A DNA stretch of 56,558 bases, filler included, from Dirinaria sp. TL-2023a (lineage: Eukaryota): NCBI GenBank assembly GCA_051941275.1. It is 4 parts of 4 records of this genome, joined end to end, with 100 filler letters (N's around TTAATTAATTAA, not from the genome) between each part and the next. Parts side by side here need not be neighbours in the genome. Positions count along the whole stretch, not along the records: positions 28,339 to 42,400 come from JAVEBF010000628.1; positions 42,501 to 56,558 come from JAVEBF010000629.1; 2 more parts are not named here. One strand, given 5' to 3'. The first letter of the stretch is position 1, and every line of letters starts with the position of its first letter. Shown piece after piece: positions 35,991 through 47,710 of the stretch. The position numbers and the translations under genes were made by a program. The notes below the pieces were generated by a model that saw only the letters and a program-made list of their open reading frames with translations, did not search any database and had not been told where the DNA came from.

Positions 35991-38900
35991 ATGGGTCTGC
36001 TTTCGTTAACGTCGCCCCCGTCACACACCCAACCTTCTCTGCCGGCCCTCCCTACCCATCTCCAGTCAGACACCCATATCACAGCACATCTTGCCAGCCG
36101 GTATGGAAGCCGTCCAATTGTCAACAAATACGCGTATACTGACCTTGCTCCAGCTTCCATGTATCGCTGCCCGTTTCAAGACTATCCTCTCAAGCTCTCG
36201 TCTCCGTCAACACCTATACCTCGTCGACCAAGGGGCCGGATGGCGGGAAAGCAGGGAGTGCCATGGGTGAGGCCGAAGACCTCGCAGGTCGAGCTTGGGC
36301 CCGTTTGGGAGGCAGAGCAGAGAACCAGGCAATTGTCTTCCTGTATGGTCTCATGCTACAACACTGGGGGCTATACTGATCTTGATGATGCAGTGGCGAG
36401 TCAGGTTCGGGGAAAACGACAATCCGCTCGCACCTCCTGTCCTCCATCTTGGCCTTTTCATCTACGCCACTATCAACCAAGCTTTCACTCGCTGCCTTCG
36501 TTTTCGACACATTGACGACTACCAAATCTCTCACAACCCCTACCGCATCCAAGGCTGGCCTTTTCTACGAGTTACAGTACGATGCCTCGTCAACATTGAA
36601 CCCTACATTGATCGGCGGGAAGTTGCTGGATCACAGGCTCGAGAGAAGCAGAATTGCGTCAGTACCGACCGGGGAGCGGAGCTTTCACGTCCTCTACTAT
36701 CTGCTTGCAGGGACCAGCCCGGCCGAGAAAAGCCATTTGGGTCTGGAAAATCCAGGCTTGGCTTCCGAAGGAGGTATTGGGAACCGGGCTTCACAGAACA
36801 TTAGCCACAAGAGATGGCGTTACCTGGGACATCCAACACAACTCAAAGTTGGGATCAATGATACAGAAGGCTTTCAACATTTTAAAACGGCTCTGCGGAA
36901 GCTAGAATTCCCGCGAAGTGAGATTGCCGAAATATGTCAAATCCTTGCCAGCATTTTGCACATTGGACAGCTCGAATTCCATTCGACGCAAGCAACGACA
37001 CCTGCAGCTGACGAAAGCGGCGGATACTCACACGAAGGCGGAGAGATGGTCACGCTGGTAAAGAACCGAGAAGTGCTCAGTATCGTGGCGGCTTTTCTTG
37101 GGTTAAGCATCCAAGATCTCGAGACCAGCTTGGGCTACAAGACCAAGACAATACATCGGGAGCGGGTGACGGTCATGCTCGATCCCAAGGGTGCTCGTGA
37201 CAATGCCGATGAGCTGGCTCGTACACTATACTCCCTGCTCGTTGCCTTCATAATTGAACAGATCAACCAACGGATATGCGCTTTGGACGCCGCTGTGGCC
37301 AACACCATCTCGATCATCGATTTCCCGGGCTTTGCTCAGACCTCTTCCACCGGCTCAACGCTCGATCAACTCTTGAACAACGCTGCCACAGAGTCTCTAT
37401 ACAGCTTTTGTTTGCAGAGCTTCTTCGAACGCAAAGCGGACCTACTTGAAAGTGAGGAGGTCAACGTCCCAGCCACAAGCTACTTTGACAACAGCGATGC
37501 AGTCCGAGGCTTGCTCAAGCATGGAAACGGCCTCCTAAGTATTCTCAATGATCAAACGCGACGAGGAAGAACCGATCTACAACTTTTGGACAGTCTCCGG
37601 AAGCGGTTCCAGGACAAAAACCCGGCGATCACTGTGGGCAATGCTACCGCAAAGCTGCCAGGCAGTAATTTCGCCACGCACAACGCGGCAGCATCGTTTA
37701 CAGTGCGCCATTTTGCAGGCGAAGTCGACTATCCCATAAGTGGACTTGTCGAGGAAAACGGCGAGGTGATACCTGGTGATCTCATGAACCTGATCAATTC
37801 TACCAGAAGCGACTTTGTGCGCGAGCTGTTCGGTCAAGATGCTCTCCACAAAGTGATGCACCCCAATGAGAAAACAGCAATCATGCGGGCGCAGGTCAGC
37901 TCCAAGCCTTCGAGGATGCCCAGCATGGCACGAAGGAAGGGTGAGCGGCCAGGTCGATTGACAAAGCGGTCATCGAGTGGTTTCCAATCGACCGAAGATC
38001 TGGATGATCAGTCACAAGCGGGGGATTATAAACGCTCTGCATCTCGGGGAAATGGTTCACTGGCCAAGAACGATCAAGGAGCCTCTGGTCAGTTTCTATC
38101 AGCGCTGGACAACATCACAAGTTCTATATCTTCAGCGGACACGAACCCTTACTTTATCTTCTGCGTGAAGCCGAACGATCGCAGGATCGCCAATCAATTC
38201 GACAGCAAATGCGTGCGAGCGCAGATCCAGACGTTCGGTATCGCAGAGATCAGCCAGAGGTTACGAAATGCAGACTTCAGCCTCTTCCTACCTTTTGCGG
38301 AGTTTCTTGGTTTAGCCGAAAATGAGTCCCTCGTCATAGGCAGCGAAAGGGAGAAGGTTGAAATGCTTCTGAACGAAAAGAAGTGGCCTGGGAACGAAGC
38401 CCGCATTGGGAGCACTGGCGTTTTTCTCAGTGAAAGGTGCTGGGCAAGCATAGCCAAAACAAGCGAAAAAGGCTTCGTCGGAGGACGCTATTTTGATACA
38501 GACGTCGATAGCGATTTTGCGGACGAGGGTTTGACGCCGGCGCAGCGTGGCTTCAGCGACTCCAGCGATGACCTGACAGGCGCGAAAACTCAAGGTCTAT
38601 CCCCTGGTGCCTACATCTATGGAGATGAAACCAAGCATGGTGGGTATCTCTCCGGTCGAGAACTCGATTCGAAGTCGGAAGCCGGCGCATCCGCTTTCAA
38701 TTCAGGGGACATGTTCCGCAACCTCGAGACGCGAGAACAGATGGCCGAAAAAGGCAATGAGAAGAAGCTCGTGGAAGTCGATGATGTGGTCACATCCGGC
38801 AGCCGCAAGAGATGGCTCTTTGTAGTTTACCTGATGACTTTCCTGATCCCGGACTTCCTCATCAAATGGATCGGCCGGATGAAGCGGAAAGACATAAGGA

Positions 38901-41771
38901 CTGCTTGGCGAGAGAAGTTCGCCATCAACCTGCTCATCTGGCTCAGCTGTGTCTTTGTCGTCTTTTTCATTGTTGTCTTTCCCCAACTCATCTGTCCGAA
39001 GCAGCACGTCTATTCGGCAGCTGAACTCGCTACTCACGATGGAAAGCATGGGCACAACTCGTATGTCGCCATCAGAGGGGAGGTCTACGACCTCGGTGCC
39101 TTCATACCAACCCATTATCCCGACATCGTCCCGGACTCGGCGTTGAAAAAATACGCTGGACTTGATGCTACCGCGTTATTCCCGGTACAGGTATCGGCGC
39201 TCTGTGGTGGTAAAACAGGGCAGGTTGATCCTACCGTCTTGCTCGATTACTCTCCTACGAACACTTCCGGTTCGGCTGTTGCTGTGAGCCAGTCCGATCC
39301 GAATTCTGTCTACCATGACTTCAGATACTTTACCAACGATTCTCGCCCTGACTGGTGGTATGAGCAGCACATGGTGTTACAACACAGGTTCAAGAAGGGC
39401 GACGTGGGATATACGCCGCAATACGTCAGCCAGCTTGCGTCTAAGAAATCTTATTCGATCGCGATACTCAACGGCCGTGTCTATGATTTTACCAACTACG
39501 TCAAAGGTGGTCGTCGACTCAGAGCACCTCCTGGCAAATCCGTACCAAAGTCGGCCGACCCAAATTTCATGGATGATACCGTGGTGGATCTGTTCCAGCG
39601 GGGCACGGGTACCGATGTGACAAAAGACTGGAACGATCTCCCTCTCAGTCCAGCGGAGCGACAGCGGATGGAAACATGCCTCAACTTCCTTTTCCGGGTT
39701 GGATCAGCCGACACCAGAAATTCTCCCCAATGCATGTTCGCACAATACATCTTGCTCGCTATATCGATTTTGCTCGTCAGCGTTATCGGATTCAAATTCT
39801 TTGCCGCTTTGCAGTTCGGAAAGAAGAACCTGCCCGAGAATCTCGACAAATTTGTCATATGTCAGGTTCCTGCGTATACCGAGGACGAGGACTCCCTTCG
39901 CCGTGCCATTGATTCTGCCGCCCGGATGAAGTACGATGACAAACGCAAGCTTCTCGTCATCGTATGCGATGGCATGATTATTGGACAAGGTAATGACAGG
40001 CCAACGCCGAGAATCGTGTTGGACATTCTTGGAGTCTCAGAAACGGTGGATCCAGAACCGCTCAGCTTTGAAAGTCTCGGCGAGGGCCTGAAACAGCACA
40101 ATATGGGGAAGGTGTACTCCGGTCTCTACGAAGTTCAAGGACACATTGTGCCTTTCATGGTGGTCGTCAAGATTGGGAAGCCTTCTGAAGTGTCCAGGCC
40201 CGGCAACCGTGGTAAACGTGATTCCCAGATGGTCATTATGCGGTTCCTTAACCGTGTACACTACAACCACCCGATGAGCCCCCTGGAGTTGGAAATGCAT
40301 CATCAAATTCGGAACATCATCGGCGTCAACCCCACATTCTACGAATTCATGCTACAGATCGATGCAGATACCGTGGTCGCTCCTGATTCCGCCACCCGAA
40401 TGGTGGCCGCGTTCCTGCATGATACCAGGCTTATCGGTGTCTGCGGTGAAACGTCCCTTACCAACGGCAAGGCCTCCTTCGTCACGATGATACAAGTCTA
40501 CGAATACTACATCTCGCACAACCTTACGAAAGCCTTTGAAAGCCTGTTTGGCTCGGTCACGTGTCTTCCGGGATGCTTCACAATGTACCGCATCAGAGCT
40601 GCAGAGACCGGAAAGCCTCTCTTCGTTAGTCGGGAGATTATCGAGGCTTACTCCAACATTCGGGTGGATACACTTCACATGAAGAACCTGCTGCATCTTG
40701 GCGAGGATCGCTACCTGACCACCCTGTTATTGAAATATCACTCCAAGTACAAGACAAAATACATCTTCAACGCTCACGCGTGGACCATCGCGCCTGATAG
40801 CTGGAGTGTTTTCTTGTCTCAGCGCCGGCGATGGATCAACTCCACTGTGCACAATCTCATCGAACTCATCCCCCTCGAACAGCTCTGCGGTTTCTGCTGC
40901 TTCTCCATGCGCTTCATCGTCTTCCTCGATCTACTATCCACCATTGTTCAACCCGTCACGGTGGCATACGTCGTCTACCTTATAGTGCTGTTGGTTATCA
41001 ACTCAGGACTGGTTCCGATTTTCGCCTTTGTCCTTCTGGGCGCCATCTACGGGCTGCAGGCCATTATCTTCATCCTTCGTCGAAAGTGGGAAATGATCGG
41101 TTGGATGATCATTTACATTCTTGCCATGCCCGTCTTCAGTCTGGGGCTTCCGCTGTACAGTTTCTGGCACATGGACGATTTTTCATGGGGCAACACGCGC
41201 GTGGTGACGGGTGAAAAGGGTCGCCAGGTGGTGGTTTCGGACGAAGGCAAGTTCGATCCGGCGTCGATCCCAAAGAAGAAGTGGGAGGAATATCAAGCCG
41301 AACTATGGGACGCCCAGTCCCAGCGCGATCTTGACACCCGCAGCGAGATCAGCGGCTACAGCTACGGAACCAAATCCCACTATCCCGCCACGACGGAGTA
41401 CAACTTTCCAGCGTCCCGAGCCATGTCGCAAGCGGAAATGCCTCGATACGGATCGAGACTGAGTCTCGCACCCTCGGAAATCATGGCGAGGGGTTATGGC
41501 ACGTCAGGGGAGATGGAGATGGCCGATATGGCGGGTCTTCCGAGCGACGACGCGATTCTGGCCGAAATCCGCGAAATCCTGAAGACGGCGGACCTGATGA
41601 CGGTGACGAAGAAGAGCATCAAGACGGAGTTGGAACGGAGATTCGGAGTTGGCTTCGAGGCGAAGAAGGCCTACATTGGGAGCGGTGAGTAATCTAACTC
41701 TTTTGATGTAAGTGAATGTAGCACTAACGCTTTCGACAGCTACTGAAGCAATACTTTCGGGCGATCTGTAA
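35991..41771 (+). CDS. csmA: Class V chitin synthase with myosin motor domain (CsmA type), 4 exons
   Basis: [27 protein letters not shown]-loop GESGSGKT (36395-36418); [34 protein letters not shown] and QRRRW; DEK-C tail. Introns 36101-36153, 36343-36393 and 41685-41739. Confidence 0.97.
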
Positions 41772-42400
41772 TACGGAGCTTGATGGGACAAAGAAGCAAA
41801 AGCATACAAGCATTTAATGGGTCCATGTAGCGTGCGGATTGGGCATTTTTCCAGGCGTTGATCAAATTTATTTAGCAGGCAATGGGGGGCTTCGAAAAAT
41901 CAGTGGTATTGGATGGCCAGGCGTGTGTATAAACTCAGCAATCGATAAATAATCATTTTGATGGGAACGAACAGACAATTGATTCCACAATCCAAGTCCA
42001 TAAGCTTCGATATCGATAGGTAGGGGTAGCCAACAGCACCACATCACCTGTACGAGTACTTTGCAGCTACACCCCTCTCTTTTACCCCTACCTCCACCTT
42101 GCTATTCGTTTTTTTTTTTTTTTTTTTCTTTTTCTTTTTCTTCACACGATATTAGATACATCCTCTTTTTTGATCCCTGTCCCTGAAAAGTAATTACAAA
42201 AGTATATATGTATATCCTATCAGAATTCCCAGCTTTTACTTTTTCCCAGCCCTGCCCTGCTCAGCGCTGATACCTAGAGGTGGCGGTGTGCCCGGTGCGA
42301 TGTTTCTTTCTTTTTAGGTTTTTTTTTGGGAGCAGAAAAACGAAAAAAAAAAAAAAGAAAAAAAAAAGAGGGAAGGGGGTTACTATTTTAGAGAGGGAGA

Positions 42401-42500
42401 NNNNNNNNNNNNNNNNNNNNNNNNNNNNNNNNNNNNNNNNNNNNTTAATTAATTAANNNNNNNNNNNNNNNNNNNNNNNNNNNNNNNNNNNNNNNNNNNN
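42401..42500. other. Artificial assembly spacer N44-TTAATTAATTAA-N44
   Basis: Same 100-nt structure; flanked on the left by long A/T homopolymers. Confidence 0.97.
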
Positions 42501-42754
42501 AGATCACCGTCTCGCCCCGCCCTCATACGCATCCCGTCATCAAAGGAACCTACGTCAACGGCCGCGAGAAAGCGATCTGCGTGCGGAATTTGGAGATGAA
42601 GCAGATTTTGAAGAAGGCGGAGTTGCTGAGAGATACGAGTGGGGAGAAGCTGCGGAAGGTGAGGGGCGGCCGGGTGGTGGAGAGTTTGAATGAGAGTGTG
42701 AGGGGCATTTGGAGTCCGATGCATGGAGTGAACAGGGAGAGGACTGCGATCTAG
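42501..42754 (+). CDS. MRPL51: 3' half of mitochondrial ribosomal protein mL43 (MrpL51), 5' end lost in the gap
   Basis: Not in the ORF track because it has no start. The frame from 42503 reads ITVSPRPHTHPVIKGTYVNGREKAICVRNLEMKQILKKAELLRDTSGEKLRKVRGGRVVESLNESVRGIWSPMHGVNRERTAI*; HP..Y.NG..K.ICVRN and S.NESVRGIWSP are family motifs. Confidence 0.9.
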
Positions 42755-43167
42755 CACAGGAACCGGCAGGGTGCGCATAGGAAACGAGGCTGTGAGGCAT
42801 GAAAGATGCTGCTGCCCACTCTGCAGCCCATGTAAATACCACCGTATCCGCACAAGTTAGGTAGGTATAGATTCTTCCATACTTTTATCTTTGTCGATTC
42901 TTTCATTGCACTCAATGATTCTGACCGCCCACTCCGGGAACACATCGAGACCCTGAAGAGGAACGGCCATTGCTCTCAGTGACTTATGGCAGGAAGATAT
43001 CTCGATGAGGTTGAGTTCCCTGTGCCATATGACTAAGGACATACTCAAACTGTCATAGAACGGAAGCTCTGAGAGTTCGCCGAATCCACGACATGCAGAG
43101 GTAAGGTCATTGGCCGTAATTGGGTATGTGGTGCCTATTTTTTTCCAAGTCCATGGAATAAAGTCTA

Positions 43168-44351
<1,184 letters not shown>

Positions 44352-44521
44352 GATTGCGGTGTTTTTGAGGGTCACTTGGGATTGCTGTTGTTTCCGAGGG
44401 TGAAGAAGAATAGTGAATTGTCAGCAGCTCTTATGCGCAGGTACTGTTTGGTTTTGACTGCCTGATCGTATTGATTCCCGAGTGGAACATGAGATTGTGG
44501 AGTATCACAGAAGCATCGGGA

Positions 44522-44594
44522 TTTGGTGGGGCCCAATGCCAAGCCAATGCCAAGCCAATGCCAAGTGCAATGCCAAGGCCAAGCTTTGGTGGGG
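44522..44594. repeat. 11-bp CCAATGCCAAG tandem array bracketed by TTTGGTGGGG direct repeats, upstream of TPI1
   Basis: Three perfect units at 44533-44565, one degenerate unit and an extra GCCAAG ending at 44583; TTTGGTGGGG at 44522-44531 and 44585-44594. Confidence 0.9.
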
Positions 44595-44768
44595 TTTGCT
44601 GAACCTGAAACGAAAGCCGAAAGCTGGAGACCGAAGGGGGACCGGAGCGAGAACCAGAGCAGAGAGCGGAGTGCAAGTCCTGCCTTAATGTACTACTACT
44701 GCCTACTTTAAAATAATTCCACAAATCCCCAAAGGTACGAATTCCTCCCGTCAGTTTGTATTCCTCCC

Positions 44769-44798
44769 CATCAGACATCAGACATCAGACATCAGACA
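44769..44798. repeat. (CATCAGA)4 heptamer repeat overlapping the stop codon of the small secreted protein gene
   Basis: catcagacatcagacatcagacatcagaca; the minus strand reads ...TCT GAT GTC TGA. Confidence 0.85.
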
Positions 44799-45439
44799 AC
44801 GGACCTCTCAGAGGGGGTCTGTTTCTATCCACCCTGCCAATGCCAACCTTCCCGTAGCGATCATCCACAATCCAAAAGTCCGTCGCCGCATACCTCTCCT
44901 GCTTCCAGAGCACATCCAAGATGCCGGTGAACGTGTCATCCACCATGCCGTACGTAAGCTGCTTGATCCTCCGCTCCATGGGCCAGTGCGCGACCCCGAC
45001 GAAACAGCCCGACAGTCGCTCTTCGCTGACGTAGGGATCGTCTCTGGCAACGAGCACCTCGTCGCGTGCGCGGTGAAGGGAGGTGATGGAGCGCCGCAGG
45101 CGGAGCTGGGTTTGGACGAGCGTGCGCGCGAGATTGGCCGGCTCGATGTGGTCGGCCGTGCGGATGTTCATCTCCAGCCGCGTGGGCGTGCCTTCGATCC
45201 GGTGCATGACGTATTCGTTGGTGAGATTGTGGGGAGTTGAGACGCTGGTTGAGGAAGGCGTTAGTCATGTCTTGCGGAATCTATGCTCTCACCATCAGGT
45301 ATACGGACATGCTCGACAGGTTGCCCCTCAGTGCATCGATGCTAGGCGGGTCCAGCACGAGAGACTTTCGAAGTGGCGGTACTGCTAATACAGAGCCCAG
45401 ATATGAGGTTGACAGGTAAAATGAGAACGAGATCTGCAT
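44785..45439 (-). CDS. Small putatively secreted protein (~196 aa), uncharacterised family, 2 exons
   Basis: Signal-like MQISFSFYLSTSYLGSVLA-VP; intron 45245-45308 (GTCCGT..GACTAAC..CAG) joins in frame to ORF 44785..45207; C-terminal pattern LTYG..V...F.GI...L...F.I.D...GKVGIG. Confidence 0.8.
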
Positions 45440-45964
45440 TCTGCTGACTGCATCGAGCAACAGATCGACCAAGAAGTTATCAAAATTCTTGAAACAGAAA
45501 GAAATCGGGATGGAAAAGCGCTTACCAGACTCGGCGGTCAAGCAAACGCATCACACGAAGCGACATGCGAAAGAGCGCGCCTGTGTGGACATCCTCACCT
45601 GTCCACAACGCCAGTGCATATGGAGCTCTCATCAACAAGCACAGGATGCGCCAAAGCTATGAAGACAACTTGGTTGAATTGAATGAGTAGCCATGGTACA
45701 CTCAAAGTATCATACAGGCCGTGAACTTTTCGTTAAATCATAAAGCCTCCCAAAACCCACCGAGAACGTGTGGAACCTGTGCTGAGACTCCGAAGGAGCG
45801 GTGTGCTTGCACCCAAGATCGAAAACCCATATCGAAATACAGCAAATCGAATAGCGGACACCGCCGCGCCCAAGTGCCATACCAAGGTAGGAAGGTGGTC
45901 TCCACGCATTGAGGAAAGAAAATCCGCCATTCTCAAAGATCACCGCCAACTGGGGCCAACTGTT

Positions 45965-47710
45965 TCACATGTGGTAAGGGCGATCTCGTCCATAGTAATC
46001 GTATGTCGACAGTCGCCGTGGCGGCTCGGCATACTGAGATCGCTCATACCTGTCCCTGTGATATCTTCCCCTGTGCAAGCGGTCAAGCCGGTCCCTGTCC
46101 GCTCTCTCCGCTCGCTCGGCTCTCTCCATCTCAAGGTGTCGCAGCTCAAGCCTTTCTCTCTCAGCCCTCTCCTGTTCCATCTTCTCAAACTGCTTCTGCC
46201 TTCTCATTTCCTCAATCTCCAACTTGAGCTCCTCTTTTTCAGCGTGGAGCTCGGTCGCGTATGCGTAGCTCTGCAATCTCCTTGGTAGTGCGTAGCTAGG
46301 CCGATGGTGCCGATCATCATCAAAGCTCAACGCACGTGGATGAAGTGGCCGTTCGTAACTGTATGAGCGGCTATTCCGGCGGCTAGTGTCGTAGACCCTG
46401 TCACGCTCGCGTGGGCGCTCCGAAGTGATAACATCAAAGTCCTCGTAATCATACCTGGTTGAGCCTTTCCGAGAAGGCCTTGCAGGAGATTTGCGACGGC
46501 GCTCACGGTAGACTGGCCGGACTGGTGAACGATCCCGGTGACTAGAATGGGAGTGGTGACGGCTGTCTTTATGGCCTGAACTTCGCTTCTTGTCTTCGTA
46601 ATACCTGTGGTCGCTCTTGCCGGAATATACGGTGTCGGGCGTCCGGTCAGTATAAGCTTTGGATTCAAAGGAGTCGGCATCCGAAAAAGCCTCGGAGCTT
46701 GAATCCGAGTAGGTCTTGTGCTTCTTATCTTTTTCCTGGTGAATCTTGACTTTTTCCTTATCTTCCTTTTTGTCTTTCTTATCGTGCTTTTTCTCCTCTT
46801 TCTTGGGTGACTCATGACCTTCGGGGGCCATGTGTTGGCCTCCGGATGCAGGTACAACTTGCTCCACCACTGGATGACCGGGATGACCGGGATGGCCAGC
46901 GTGGCCATATGTCGGCTGAGGCACATATCTTGTATCATGCAGATGTGGTGGTGCTGCATGGTTCACCCATGGCTGGGCGTAGCCTTGAGGCGGCGAATGA
47001 GGATAACGTCCCGATGTACCGGTCGAGTAGCTGTCTTGGCTATAATTGGTTTCTTCGGCCCCAGTGAGGTCGACGATTTCTCCTTCTACGGCCTGAGTTG
47101 GACCACGTGCGGATGCTGAGGGCTGAGCATATCCTGGGCGAAGCTGTCGCTTCAGTATGGCTTTCATTTCGAGGGTTTCCCTGCCCTTGCTGTTCCGGCC
47201 TTGCTCCAACTTGAGAGCGGCTAGCTTATGTTCGAACCTAGGATCAGGGTCCGCTCGGTCGCTATCGGCAATGAGCCGATCGATCTGTTGCCGCTTGTAG
47301 CCCTTCATTTCCACACTAGACAGCTGGCTCGCGACGGATTTGCCTTTCTTTTTCTGCTTCGTGACGATCTCGCGAAGGTCGGCTTGTGACGCGACCATTG
47401 GCGTTTTCACAACCTTTGCCCATGTTTCTTTCTGGTCAGGACGGAGGGCCACCTCTTTTGTGAAAATACATCCCTCATAGGTGACTGGCACTTTGCCATT
47501 GCCATCCAGAGGGAGACTGGTATCAAAGTGAGGAATATGGCCCGGGAAATTGGCGTCGAAAGACGGAACGTGAGGGCCATTGTGGGCATTGTGTTGTGGA
47601 GCCCCAAGCCCAAAGTTCAGTCTGTCCATGTCAACCCCGAGATGGTGAATCCCGGTATCCATGCCGGAATGATGGAGGGGTGGTGGAGGAGCTTCGGGAA
47701 CCTGGATCAT
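45965..47710 (-). CDS. Hypothetical protein (~581 aa): P/H-rich N-terminus, small globular core, K/E- and S/R-rich tail, R/E coiled coil
   Basis: Long uninterrupted ORF; first ATG MIQVPEAPPPP at 47710; core YEGCIFTK..ETWAKV..SQADL..QIDRLI; TATA-like TATATA near 47860 on the minus strand. Confidence 0.8.
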   Translation of the reverse strand: MIQVPEAPPPPLHHSGMDTGIHHLGVDMDRLNFGLGAPQHNAHNGPHVPSFDANFPGHIPHFDTSLPLDGNGKVPVTYEGCIFTKEVALRPDQKETWAKVVKTPMVASQADLREIVTKQKKKGKSVASQLSSVEMKGYKRQQIDRLIADSDRADPDPRFEHKLAALKLEQGRNSKGRETLEMKAILKRQLRPGYAQPSASARGPTQAVEGEIVDLTGAEETNYSQDSYSTGTSGRYPHSPPQGYAQPWVNHAAPPHLHDTRYVPQPTYGHAGHPGHPGHPVVEQVVPASGGQHMAPEGHESPKKEEKKHDKKDKKEDKEKVKIHQEKDKKHKTYSDSSSEAFSDADSFESKAYTDRTPDTVYSGKSDHRYYEDKKRSSGHKDSRHHSHSSHRDRSPVRPVYRERRRKSPARPSRKGSTRYDYEDFDVITSERPRERDRVYDTSRRNSRSYSYERPLHPRALSFDDDRHHRPSYALPRRLQSYAYATELHAEKEELKLEIEEMRRQKQFEKMEQERAERERLELRHLEMERAERAERADRDRLDRLHRGRYHRDRYERSQYAEPPRRLSTYDYYGRDRPYHM

